DNA from: Utricularia gibba
Lineage: Eukaryota; Plantae; Magnoliophyta
Assembly (NCBI GenBank): GCA_002189035.1
Contig: NEEC01000019.1
Location: 744,001 to 808,000, forward strand
Length of the DNA: 64,000 nucleotides
Reading direction: 5' to 3'
Part shown: one piece after another, positions 27,101 through 38,800 of the stretch
How positions within the stretch are numbered: position 1 is the stretch's first letter
Layout: each line of letters starts with the position of its first letter
Notes under the pieces: model-generated
Seen by the model: the letters and a program-made list of their open reading frames with translations, nothing else
Told to the model about the DNA's origin: nothing
The model's database searches: none
Made by a program: the position numbers and the translations under genes

Positions 27101-28234
27101 ATGGTTGATGAGCAGAGCTGGATACAAGCCTGTGATCGAGTATTGTGGAGGAACAGAAATTGGTGGCGCTTTTGTTACTGGTTCACTTTTGCAGAATCAA
27201 TGTCTTGCAGCTTTCAGCACACCTGCTATGGGCTGCAGCTTGTTGATTTTAGATGATAGCGGATATCCACTAGTAAGCAGCTTCACCAATCTTGTACCTC
27301 ATAAATAAATCTGGATGATACAATTCTCTGATTGTTTTGTCCATCTCTTTTTTATCAATCTATTAAACCAAAGCCACAAGACTCTCCCACCATTGGCGAA
27401 TTGGCTCTTTTCCCATTGATGTTTGGAGCATCAAGCACTTTGTTAAATGCCAATCACTATGATGTTTACTTCAAACAAATGCCAGTTTGGAATGAGAAGG
27501 TAAGCCTTCTGGCTTTAGTAAGGTATTTTGCCTCTGTGGCTTAGAGGCATTCTTTTATTTTCATGTGGAAACAGGTTCTCAGAAGGCATGGTGATGTATT
27601 TGAGCGGACTTTTAAAGGATATTATCGTGCACATGGTCGTGCTGATGATACCATGAATATTGGTGGTATAAAGGTCTGTTGAGAATGACTCTATCTAAAG
27701 TTAAGGTTCTGAATCTAGTAGATTGGTAGATTATAGAGCAAGGTTTTCAGGTGAGCTCTGTTGAGATCGAACGTGTCTGCAATGCCGTGAATGATTCTAT
27801 CCTGGAGACTGCAGCGGTTGGGGTGCCACCTCCTGACGGAGGGCCAGAGCAACTAGTTGTCGCTGTTGTGCTTAAAGATCCTCAAGGCCTTTCCAGCAAC
27901 TTAAACAATATGGCTGCTTTATTCAATACAGCTCTACAGAAGAAGCTGAATCCACTCTTCAAGGTACGTCAAGCTGTTGTTTTGGGTGTCTCACATGAAA
28001 TCAAAACCATGGTAAAACAGGTCCCGAAACCCCTAGGCATAGAGGTTCAATTCACTACTACTTTTTTTTTATTCTTTATGATAGAATAGCATTGAAATGG
28101 AGAGTCTCTTTGATGCTTTGCAGGTATCTGATGTGATCCTCCTGCAGTCTCTTCCCAGAACAGCCACCAACAAAGTGATGAGAAGGGTTCTCAGACACCA
28201 GTTCTCTCAGCGTCGTCAGTACTCCAAACTGTGA
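24132..28234 (+). CDS. AAE17: Peroxisomal acyl-activating enzyme 17-like, 14 exons, C-terminal PTS1 SKL
   Basis: YKSLDCIT...[20 protein letters not shown]-terminus, AMP-binding motif [20 protein letters not shown] and [15 protein letters not shown]. The protein ends ...QYSKL*, and all 14 exons walk in frame. Confidence 0.93.
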
Positions 28235-28439
28235 TGCACGATGCACACACGAACAAAATATATGCATGTGTATAGAATAATATGTACAATCATATGTATA
28301 GAAATATAGGAGTGCTTGTGCCATATCTTGTACGAGACTGCAACTGTGTATATCATGCAATAAAGCAGCGTCAAATTATGTGTAGATGCATCCATGTATG
28401 AATGCGTTTTTCCCTCAGACGAAAAGTATAGCCTTCCAT

Positions 28440-29050
28440 TCTCTTGCTTGGGTCATTAGGAGGAGCCATTTCATTGTTATGCTTGTGTTTGTGGATGCAG
28501 GAAGCAGCACGGGGAATGGGAATCGCTGATCTGCAGAGGAAGCCATTTCAAAGATCCGCAACCTTTCATGTCTGTATGTACTGCATGGTTTCATTCATAT
28601 TCCGGCATTGTATCATACACATCCGAGTGAACACATTAGAGTTGGTTTGCTGGTTGTTGAACAAGGTTATGTGGTTCAATGAGTAGCATCATCGAGACAC
28701 TGATATCTCAAGTGCCACCAGAACCAGATGAAATCATGTGGCCATTGATGTCAAAAACTCCTGCCGGATGCATAAGAGCAGCGAGTGGGCTGCTTATGCA
28801 CTCTTAAACACTGATATGATCAGAGATGCTGCATCCTCTGCCACCATCGCCATGATTTGCTCGGAAGCCCGTGATTGGTAACTCATGGCCGAGGTAAAGA
28901 AAGCCATCAGAGAACCAGGAGTTGGAAAAGCTCCTGCTACAGCTGGGTTGGAATAGAACGCAAGGTTCATGTACTCTCTTCCAATGGCACCACTCAGCCA
29001 TGGGATTAGAAAGAAGGTGGATGAGTACCCGCTCCTGAAGGATCAATCAA
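28440..29050 (+). pseudogene. Degenerate PLS/E-E+ PPR fragment (At3g02010-like)
   Basis: Frameshifted pieces PPEPDEIMW / NSCRMHK...IRDAAS...AEVKKAIREPGVGKAPA / YSWVGIERKVHVLSSN / IRKKVDE, with in-frame stops and deletions. Confidence 0.8.
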
Positions 29051-29463
29051 TCTTGTTCTTATGCCATCCAAAGGGAGATTACTGTTGTTGATGTGCTGGG
29101 CTTCATCGTTTTAAGCAGGGCTGTGCTGGTGTGGGATTTCTGGCCTAAACATCAGATGATCAGCTTATCCGGACATGATCCACACCGTAGGGACGATAAT
29201 TGGCATCAGTGTGCTTATTTATCCGTCGCATTTACACTTTTTTTTAATAGTTCGGATAATTAACTGGTGTATCCCACGTGCAATACGATCTCCAATCTCT
29301 GATATGAATTTAAAGGCTTGGGATCAGTCGGCGCTGCAGAGCTTCATCCCCTCTCCGCGGTCGCCGGTAATGTAAGATTTTTGCATGCAAGTGCGGTTTT
29401 GGGTCTTCGTTTACGTTGCAGATGGTACAGATCTGATACTGGGTCGATTCACTTATTGTTTGC

Positions 29464-30426
29464 ATGGCTTCGGATAAGCAGAAGCTGAAAATGAAGAAAT
29501 GGGCGTTTCAAGGAACGTCAATGGCGAGGGGATGTGCTGTAGATGGTGTGTTTTGCCCAGAGGCTCGAAGAATCGGCGCGCCGCTTCACGTTTCGGAGAT
29601 GGCGAGGCCAGCGCCTCGAGTCAGGTGGGATTTCTGTTCTGTTCATCTGTGGTTCTAATTGAAGCAATTTCGGTGTTATTTGTGATGGCATTCTCTGTTT
29701 TTTGCTTAGAGGTTTTCGTTCCCTCTTGCAGCAAGGATAGGGTAACGGAGGCACGGGACACCATTGGAATGGAAATTGTTGACATTATTCGAATGAAGGT
29801 ATTGTATGCCATATGTCGCCTAGTTGCAAAGGCTGGTCTATCTTGATTCACTGGTGCTGGTACTTTGAAGTGCTTTCTGTTTGACTTAACAGATAAAAAC
29901 CTGTGTTTTGCCCAGTTTTTGAACCAAAATCAGCTTGCTTCTTGCTCATATAGGACAACACTTCTGCATGCATTCTGGAAAAACCTTGGTGAAAAGCAAA
30001 ACCAAAGATTGTGTTTTAAATAGTTCTGCATGTAGTTTCTCCAGCTGCTGCTGGTTTTATGCACATCAATCCTCACTGAGTCAAGAAAAAGCATTTTTTT
30101 TAGTGGATTCAGATGAAGAACTTGGTTCCTTTTGTTCGTTCTGTGGAGGGTTGTTGTGTGGCTACACGAGCAACTGAAGCAGACTGTTACCTTATTTCCA
30201 ATGACAATTTCTTCAGGTTGCAGCCTCATCTCCACCCCTTTTCGGCGGCTCTCCTCCCTGCAGGACTTCAAACCCCATCATCCAAGATGAAATGTTCGTC
30301 AGTGCAGCGGAACCGCCATCGCCATCCCGTGGACGTGTTCTGGTCAAAATGAGGCCAAAGCCTGCTGCTGTGAGGATCGAAGGGTTCAACTGCAGGGACG
30401 ATTGCAGATTTTATGCTGTTGCTTGA
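29464..30426 (+). CDS. Plant-specific uncharacterised protein (At5g16110/At1g13390/At3g02555 family), about 145 aa, exons 29464-29624, 29732-29798, 30217-30426
   Basis: Family motifs VFCPEARRIG, GMEIVDIIRMK, SSPPLFGGSPPCRTSNPIIQD and KPAAVRIEGFNC, with a C-terminal ...AVA*. GT-AG introns are phase 2 and phase 0. Confidence 0.82.
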
Positions 30427-31601
30427 TAGGTACCACGTTTTTTTGGGAGTTCCGTTAGAGATGAGATGCTGAAACTGCAGAGTGAGGCGTATTTGTTTCT
30501 TCTATTGAGCATTTTGTACATATGATGATCTCATGATGATGTGTGAGTTGTGATCATGAGGAACTAGTCTTTTGGCAAGTGATGAATAAAGTTTTTGCTA
30601 TTTCATATGGTGGATAACAAACCTGTCCTCTTGTCCTCACAACCAACATAGAACAAGAAGAACATTGGTGGATGATGCATTCATCAGAAGCAACAATCAC
30701 AGTCAAACGGGCAAAGGCAGTACCTCCAGCACCAGCCTTCCCAAGTCCCAGTTCTTCTGTATAATCCACAAGCCCAACCGCCGCCCTCTTCTTCCTCGGC
30801 CGGGAGCTGCTCCTTGACTGCAAACCTTCATCTTTGCATCCTATTCTGGTCATGTTCCTTGCTCTGCTTTACTTTGACATCATATGCTTCCTCCTCCAGC
30901 GGTTAGATGCAGCAAATGTCACACAAAACTCACTGGAAGCTTTCTTAAGCTTCGTTTATTGCCTCTCCTGTGTGATCACAGCATTGCCCTCTGCTAGTTT
31001 ATCCTTCTTTTTCAATTTGGCACCTTTAACCACACCTGCTCGAGTAATCGAAATAAGACATCGGAAAGCAAAACCGGACATTGCTCTTTTCGGGAGGCCG
31101 TAATAAAATCTAATAAATTTACGAAACTCAAACAATACCGTGTTCCGGTTGGGAGCACTGACCTGGGGTTTCAATCACGCCACCGCCTAAGGTCTTGACT
31201 GGTGCTTCACAGTTTGTGCTTGACCGCCACCTAGAGTTCCGATAGGAGTTTCCCGAGAATGGCGGCGGCAACTAACTATATCCTCCAACTAATTTTCAAG
31301 AGTAACAGAAAGTTGTTCGAGGAGATGAAGAGGTAAGGGCATGTATATTGGTATCCAGACAATATGGATTCCACATTATATTTGTTTTATTTTTTTATAA
31401 TTATTTAATATAATAATAATATTAAGTGATACACATCATTTTTACTTTCTCATCCACATTAGTATCCAAACAATGGTGTATATAATATTTATATTTATTA
31501 ATTTTATACTAATTTACATAGATAATCAAATATAACAATAATATTTATTTAAAATAGAGAAAATTATTATTCAAACAATACATGATATAAAATATATAAA
31601 A

Positions 31602-34096
31602 TTAACTAAACTTATTCCAAATATGCTCAACCAAATCTGCTTTCAATTGTCTGTGCAATTTTGTTTTCTTGGATTTCACAACTCGAGCAAAATATGCTTC
31701 AAAAGCATGGATATTTTGTCCTAATAAATCAAGTGGCTCTTGTGTTATCTGATCATAGTCTTCAGTATCTGATTGAGTATTATGTCCTTCATCTTCAACA
31801 ATCATATTGTGTAAAATTATAGCAGCATATGATAAGTGATTTTGTGTCGTTTCAAAACATTTTCTTCCACTACTATTGAGTGTTGTTTTTACTTATCTTA
31901 GAACGCACTTTATCATTATTCTCAATTGTTTTTACATCTTTCACACTACTTTGATCTTTTTGGAGAGAAAGTGTATTTTGTGGATTTTTAGAATACTTTT
32001 GGATCAATTTGAGGAGAAATCAAGACCCATCAAATTATAGACTTGATGAGCCACGAATCTCAGCCCAAGACTCGATCAAACGATGAAGATTTGGTCCAAG
32101 ATTCGTGGATAAAATAGAGATATGAAGAAGATTTTCGAAGTTTTGGATAAAAGATTTAGATATAAGATCTCATCCAAGCCCATCGAATAAGCTCAATACG
32201 AAGACTTGGATCTACTCTCCTATAAATACCCCACCCTCTCAACCATTAGAGACATCTTTGACCACTTTTCCTTTGTACTTTTCCTATTTTCGTGTATATT
32301 TTCATGTTAGAGTCAAGTCTGCGTGTGTAGGTGCTTGCGGCTGAGGATCTACGGTGAAGCCTTGCTTGTGCAAGTCCCGCGCGTGTGATTGTTTTACTAT
32401 GTTTTTTGACATTTAAATTGAGGTTTGATTCTGTTTTTCGCAACGTTTTCTTTATCAACGTGCTCTTTAGTATCACATAACCCGAAGGGAGTGTGAGAGA
32501 ATCAAAGGTTGGTCTCAAGCACCTAAGGAGAAGGTCTCAATTGGACATCATTGGTAAGACATATTCTATCTAATCTATCTGCGATGTGTGAGGTGTAGGG
32601 GTTAGATTTGGGTGTGGGGAAAACATGGGTTATCACAAGAGGTGAAATGGCTCTGGTGGCGTGGTTGATTCTATAATCCCACAAAACAAGGGACAGTGCT
32701 ATAGCGGTCAGCGAGTAGCACTACTTTAGAATAACACCCCCGGAGCTTACGCAAGCAGATCAGTCTTCAAGGTTTACATACCCAAGTTTGGGCGAGTTTT
32801 AAGCAAGGTGAATCTTGGATCCAAGGTTAATTTTCTTAGTGTTTTCAAAACCAAATCTTTCTTGTGTTTTCGTTCTTTTTTCAGTTTTTGTTTTGAAAAG
32901 AAAATTTCAATAACAATTCTCTGTGGATACAATCTTATTTTATTACTTCGACGGTTTCTGTGCACTTGCAGAATCACCATCAGCATACATGATATTAACT
33001 AGAGTTTCATGATCCCACATGCAAGTAGGTGAATAAATAATTCCAAACCTTGCTTTTAATATTCCAAAAGCTCGTTCTACATATTTTCTTGCACTTTCTT
33101 GTCGAGTAGCAAAGAGCCTTGTTTTTGGATTCTGTAGAAGAGTAATAGTTTTCATAAAAACAAGCTATTCAGGATAAATACCATCAGCTAAGTAATATCC
33201 CATATCATATTTTTTTCTATTGACCAAGAATTCAACTGGAGGAGCCACACCTCGATGCAAGTCATCAAATAATGTTAAATGAGATAACACATTAAGATCA
33301 TTATTTGAACGTGGAGTACCAAAGAACGAATGCCATATCCACGTATCATTTGAAGCAACTGCCTCTAATATGACAATAGAAGACCCCATGTCCATGAGTA
33401 TATTGTCCTTTCCAAGCTACAGGACAATTTTTCCACTCCCAGTACATGCAATCTATACTTCCTAACATACCAGGGAACCCTCTTTCTTCACCCCATGATA
33501 GAAGTCTTTGAATGTCGCTTGGATTGGGGCGTCTCATATATTCTGTCTCAAACACTGTACGAATTCCGATTATAAAAGATCTTAAGCACTTGAGGATAGT
33601 TGACTCACCAATTCGAAGATATTCATCACAAGCATATGCACTGTCCATATGCCATCATTCGCATTGCAGCAGTACATTTTTGCCTTGTTGTTAAGGAGAC
33701 ACGACCGGTTGCATCTGGTTTCTCTTGTAGATATGGAACTATTTCCACAAGATTGGACATAATACGTTCGAACAAACTACGACGCATTCTGAAACGTTGA
33801 CGAAATATCTGATCATTGTAGGTGGCATTGATGGAGAAATAGTCTGCCACTAGGCAAGTGTTTCCAAACTCACGCCCACAATCAATGTATTCACGCTTTC
33901 CTCTATTTCTTCGGGGTTGATCTGGCTCATCTTCGAATATATACTCAACAGTAGCTTTAATAGCATCAATAGCTGCACTACTATGATGAGGCATAATGAT
34001 TGAAAAATCCTCTGGATCAAAATGCTCATTTCGAAAAGAAACATACTCTTCATTGTTGTGAGAATCCATTGAATTCATGAATGAATTCATTATCAA
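31602..34096 (-). pseudogene. Harbinger DDE transposase, frameshifted and split by a solo LTR
   Basis: GMLGSIDCMYWEWKNCP, YYLADGIYP, VERAFGILKARF and NIMYA|AIILHNMIVEDE. Two frameshifts and a TGG>TAG stop at 33165. Confidence 0.9.
31830..32982 (+). mobile_element. Solo LTR (Athila-like), 1153 bp
   Basis: TGAT...ATCA termini and a perfect 5-bp TSD GCATA (31825-31829, 32983-32987). TATA box CTATAAATA near 32220 and a GTGCACTTGC U5 motif. Confidence 0.9.
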
Positions 34097-34124
34097 TGGA
34101 ACAAGTTATATATAATGAGTGAGA

Positions 34125-34395
34125 TGTAGTTGGTATGATAGGTTGGTAGTTGTAAGATGTGGTTGGTGTGGTAGGTTGGTAGTTATGAGACGTGGTTGGT
34201 GTGGTAGGTTGGTAGTTAGGTGTGGTTGGCATGGTAAATTGATAGTTGGAAGGTGTGGTTGGTGTAGTGGATTGATAGTTGGAAAGGTATGGTAGGTATT
34301 GTGGATTAGTAGTTGGAAAATGTGGTTGGTGTGATAGATCAGTGGTTATGAAGTATGATTGATAGGATAAATTAGTAGTTGTAAGATGTGCTTAT
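34125..34395. repeat. Degenerate tandem repeat of about 33 bp inside the Harbinger
   Basis: Repeated GATGTGGTTGGTGTGGTAGGTTGGTAGTT-like units between the two ORFs. Confidence 0.75.
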
Positions 34396-34572
34396 TGATA
34401 TAGGTTTAATAAGTTAAATAAATTTTTCAATGCGATATAATAAACTAAATTGAAGTTGCATAGTTCAAAAAAGTTCAAGTTCAATCAAAATAAACAACAT
34501 GAGGGAAAATCAATCATCATTCTGACCACTATGTGGTTCCTGAAAACTGGGCTGTGGAGGAAGTGAACTAGC

Positions 34573-35456
34573 CTAAGTAGGAAGTGAATTATGTTGAACA
34601 TTCATACCAGATAATGCACGATTGCATGCCTCAGTATAGAGCATTCTTTGAAAGTCATCCATCTTTGACATATCCATCTCGATCAACAACCTCAACTCGT
34701 GTGCAGAGTTCACTACAATTTCTGCATTCTTCACTGCAATATGTTGTTGATACAATGTATTGTGTCTTGCCATTTCAATCCTATACTCATCCAATTTATC
34801 AATGAGGGCTTTGATATCATCTTTTTTCTCTTGAGAAATCCCGCTTGAGGTACTCCCCTGAAATCGTAGTTTTTTAGCATTCTTTTGTCCAATGGGGCGT
34901 TGTATAGTTGGAACCTCTAAATCCACTTGTTTTATCACATTTGGAGGTATAGTAGACTGAACTGATGAAGAGTCACTTGTGATACTTACTTTCTTTTTCT
35001 TCTTACTTCCATTGTCTACATCCTGTTTTCATACAAAACAATGAATTAATAAAAAAAAACAAGATGTAAATAACAAAGTATTTTACTGTCATCCATTTTG
35101 GTTGATCTTGCAATATTTTCCAAGCTTCCAAATATGTAAAGGGTTTACGAAGTTCTTACTTATATAACTTCAAGCTCATATCAATCAAGTCATAGTTGTT
35201 GTAACTGCTTGGATCCTGTCGGGAAATCCTATCATACATTCCAGAAAAAATTTGGACATTTGTACTTAAACTTTTCCACGTCTTCCTCAAGACTTCAGGT
35301 TCTCGAACTTTTCCATTCACAATAAAAAGAATCAATGGCTTTCCAAAATGACTCTACCTTTTGAGAATTACCGGTAATGAGATCAATGTAAGTATTTAAC
35401 CAAGCTGACAATAATATGTTGACTTCTTCATCTATCCATCTTGCTATTGAAGACAT
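34573..35456 (-). pseudogene. Harbinger Myb/SANT DNA-binding ORF with NAM-associated C-terminal region
   Basis: MSSIARWIDEEVNILLSAWLN..DLITGNSQKVESFWKAI...FTYLEAWKILQDQPKW...RPIGQKNAKK, with internal stops. Confidence 0.8.
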
Positions 35457-36180
35457 ATTAATCTAAAAATATAATTGAAAAAAATGATCAAATGAATATT
35501 TAAATAAATACATAACATAAATGCTATAAAATTAAATGCAATATATTGAAATGATTCTAAAAAATAAAAAAATTCGAAAATGCATATAAGGAAATAAAAA
35601 ATAATAATAGAATCAATAAATATTTAACATTAATCAAGTTTCATTAAATCTATGAGACATTACAAAAAAATAACTTTATATCATGATATATAACATAATT
35701 ATTCTACAAAAAATTATAATATGAACTGCAAAACATCACCAAATACTAGTTATTTCAAAATATTAAGCAAAAAAAAACAAGAATGTTTAGAAAATTTCGA
35801 AATCCTTAATATACTAATTGAAGATGAAAACTTTCATAATTTGTGAAAATATGAAAATCCTACATTACCAATAGCTACAAACAAAAAATTTGAAATGAAT
35901 TCTTTACCCTTTTGTCAAACCAGATCCGTCATGCAGGAGGAGAACGAAAAAATAGGGTTGTGTGTGAAGAAATAAGTATTTATATTAAATATATTTGAAT
36001 AAACAAAGAATTAAAAAAATAAAAAATTGATGCATTGTCCGCGGAGAGAGAGTGTACGTGGACCAAAAATGGCCCGGATAAAAATAGACCACACATTGTT
36101 ATCTGAAACATTTATTCATTTTCGTCGATCCACGTGTCCACCATGTCATCATTATACGAACACCAATGTACATGCACTAA

Positions 36181-36544
36181 TGCCGGAGAGAAGATAGAAC
36201 ATAATGGAAGAAAAGATATTCATTTCATAGTCATCGCAAATCATAAAAAACTACATATTTGTAGATAATAACTGCAACGGTCTTCTTCAAAAGTGATCTG
36301 CTTTGAGACCTAATGATGTTATCTAATTGGAGACCTAATGATGGCTATACTGCTTACTGACAGCTTGATTTAATGTTGAGTCTCCACTTTAAATTTTAGA
36401 AGGTCACCTATGGTGGCTTTTCTTGAACTTCATGTCTGTTGGGTTAATTCAGCTGAATTAACAAGTATATCTCCTCCTTGGTCGGGTTTGTCGTCTTTGC
36501 ATTTCTTCGATGTACTTGCACACTAAAAATCTATTTTTGTTACA
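36181..36544 (-). repeat. Main portion of the 3' LTR, to the right of the Harbinger insertion
   Basis: Colinear with 42997-43360 and ends TGTTACA. The adjacent GGGGTAA (minus strand) may be a PPT remnant. Confidence 0.9.
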
Positions 36545-36549
36545 TTACC

Positions 36550-37319
36550 CCGCGGATCGAGAGAGCCTTGACCCCAAGGCTCAAAGTCAGGAAAATGACG
36601 TCGAAGCCAAGAAGCATCTTCCCAAGTGGCGTGTGCTGGGTGACGGCTAGAACTTCGATTTCCACAGATCTACAGCCCATAGAAGCATCCTGCAACTTTT
36701 ATTTGCGCATTTTCTGCTCTTCCATTTTTGCGAGAACCTGTTATTGTTACTATTTTCATTTCTAAGCTTTATGCTGCTTTTTGGAACCTTGCTGCAAACG
36801 GGAAACTCGTTGTAGAACTTGCTTTAGTTTATAAACATGTCTCTGTTTAAGCTTTTCACATTTGCTTTTAAGCTTGATATGCCATTTACTGTTCATGCGC
36901 ACGCATACTCTGTTTTCGCATACTCTTACTCTGTTTTTAAGCGTTCTTAAGCTGGGTCTAAGCCTATGGGCTCTCTTGAGTGACACAAGAGTAGACCCTG
37001 GTGTAAAACCCAGCCAAGTTACTTTTATTTTATGTTTTCTGCACCTTGACTTTAATTTCAGTGCCCCTTTCAACCCTTCAACTCGTTTATTTTAGTCACT
37101 GTTATTTTAGATCTTACCCGCATTAGAACTAAACCCCAGGAAATCCCCATGTTTTCAGTAAATGCAATGAACTTTGAGAAATTACAATCATTACCTGTGG
37201 ATTCGACCATTGCTTGCCACACTACATTAATTCCTGTGATTTGTGTAGTATAATAACTAGGTTATAAGCGTTGAATGTGCTAGACCGCGACATTTAGCAA
37301 CTCATCCCAACGTTCATCA
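36550..37319 (+). mobile_element. 5'-truncated Athila-like LTR fragment occupying the position of RNaseH/integrase
   Basis: Ends ...CCTGTGGATTCGACC...TTCATCA exactly where the RT frame breaks (ISREG|). There is no PBS or TSD at the left end. Confidence 0.6.
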
Positions 37320-38123
37320 ACCTTCACGGGAAATGATGTAACCAAGGTATTCCACATGGCTAACGCCAAAGAAACACTTAGACATCTTGGCATATAAGGA
37401 GTAATGTTGTAGTATAGAGAGTAAAATGATGAGATAATGAAGATGATCTATCCAAGTTTTACTATAGACCAAAATATCATCAAAAAAAAGTAAAACATAT
37501 TTACGGATCACAGTGAAAAAAACCGAATTCATTAAAGATTGAAATGTTGAGGGAGCATTAGTCAACCCAAATGGCATAACCAAAAATTCATAATGTCCTA
37601 AATGGGTAGAAAAACTAGTTTTGTAAATATCTTCACTCTTCATCCTAATTTGAAAGTAGCCAGAAAGTAAATCAAGTTTTGAAAAAAACTGAACACCATG
37701 AAGTTCATCTAATAAATCATCAATTAGGGGAATGGGGAAAGGATGCTTTAAAGAGTTATCATTTAAAAAACGAAAATCAATGCATATTCTCCATCCTCCA
37801 TCTTTTTTTGGAACCAATAATATAGGGGAGGAAAAAGGGCTTTTACTTGGACGAATGAGTCCGGAAGCGAGTAATTCATCAATGATTTTCTCCACCTCAT
37901 GTTTTAGATGATGTGGAATGAAGGGGGGGGGGGGGGGGTAGCGTTTTGGGGTGACACCGGACGCTAGTGCGATCTCATGCTCAATCTCCCTATGTCGCGG
38001 AAGTTCCTTTGGTTCCTGAAATACACTAGAATATTCATTGAGCAAGGCAGCAATCTGAGGAGGAGACACCTGGGTGTCGTGTGCCAGCGGAGAAGTCATT
38101 AAGGCATAGAGGTGGCCCAACAA
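37317..38123 (-). pseudogene. Ty3/gypsy reverse transcriptase, truncated
   Basis: SPFSSPILLVPKKDGGWRICIDFR, FSKLDLLSGYFQI, MPFGLTNAPSTFQ, FFDDILVYS. Confidence 0.95.
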
Positions 38124-38800
38124 ACATATGGGTGTTGGAGATCATGTGGGGACACTTTAGATCCCGCAATGAGTGAAATGGGGGCGGTGGAGCCCAGGCA
38201 TGGAAAGGTGACCGTTTGCCCGTCCTTAGTGATAGAAAAAGTCATCGTCTTATATTTTGTCGGAGAAAGGATCATGTTCACTGAGAAAGCTGCCCCCGAG
38301 CACCATATCGTAATTTTTTTTAAAATCAAAGCTCCTGAAATCAAAACAGAATTCATGGGCTCTCATTTTCCAACAAAAATTTTTTGTTACCTGCTGGTTT
38401 ACGAAACGCTGTCCACCCGGCTCGGTTTCTAGAATTGGCTGAGTGGGCACTAATGGAAGAGATAATTTTTTGACCAAGCTTATATAAAGGAAACTGCTAG
38501 TTATGCTAGGGTCAAATAGAACTCTCAATTCTTGTTTTTGGTGAGATCCCAATAGTCAGAAGTGTTTCTCAGTGGTCTCTCCTCTAATGGCATGAATCGA
38601 GATTGTTTCCGAGGGGATTGCTACATACACAGGTGTTGGGGTGCTTGAGTGCATATCCTCATTCTGTTTTTCCAGGAAAACGTCATCTGCATCTAATAGA
38701 AACAATTGTTTGCCTGAACAACGATGCTCTCTAGAATAGGGATCCCCACATTTAATGCAAAGCTTCTTTTCCAATCGTTCTTTGACTAAGGCGTCGGGGA

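Larger units (their letters stand above)
31337..36177 (-). mobile_element. PIF/Harbinger DNA transposon (defective) inserted in the 3' LTR
   Basis: 16-bp TIRs GGGCATGTATATTGGT / GTGCATGTACATTGGT and TAA TSDs (31334-31336, 36178-36180). The intact LTR copy has a single TAA at the empty site (42994-42996). Confidence 0.93.

Noticed and set aside
16465-28234. Possible biosynthetic gene cluster (CYP78A + AAE17)
   Set aside because: Both are conserved developmental or housekeeping families separated by an NLR, with no scaffold-forming enzyme nearby.
28767-28800. Short hairpin GCATAAGAGCAGC...GCTGCTTATGC
   Set aside because: Only about 30 nt and lies within PPR pseudogene coding remnants; too short for a miRNA precursor.
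34050-34232. Repetitive PTTPTTSHNYQ ORF
   Set aside because: Translation of the Harbinger internal tandem repeat, not an extensin-like host gene.
34125-34395. Possible CRISPR-like or satellite array
   Set aside because: Degenerate tandem units without unique spacers, in a eukaryotic transposon context.
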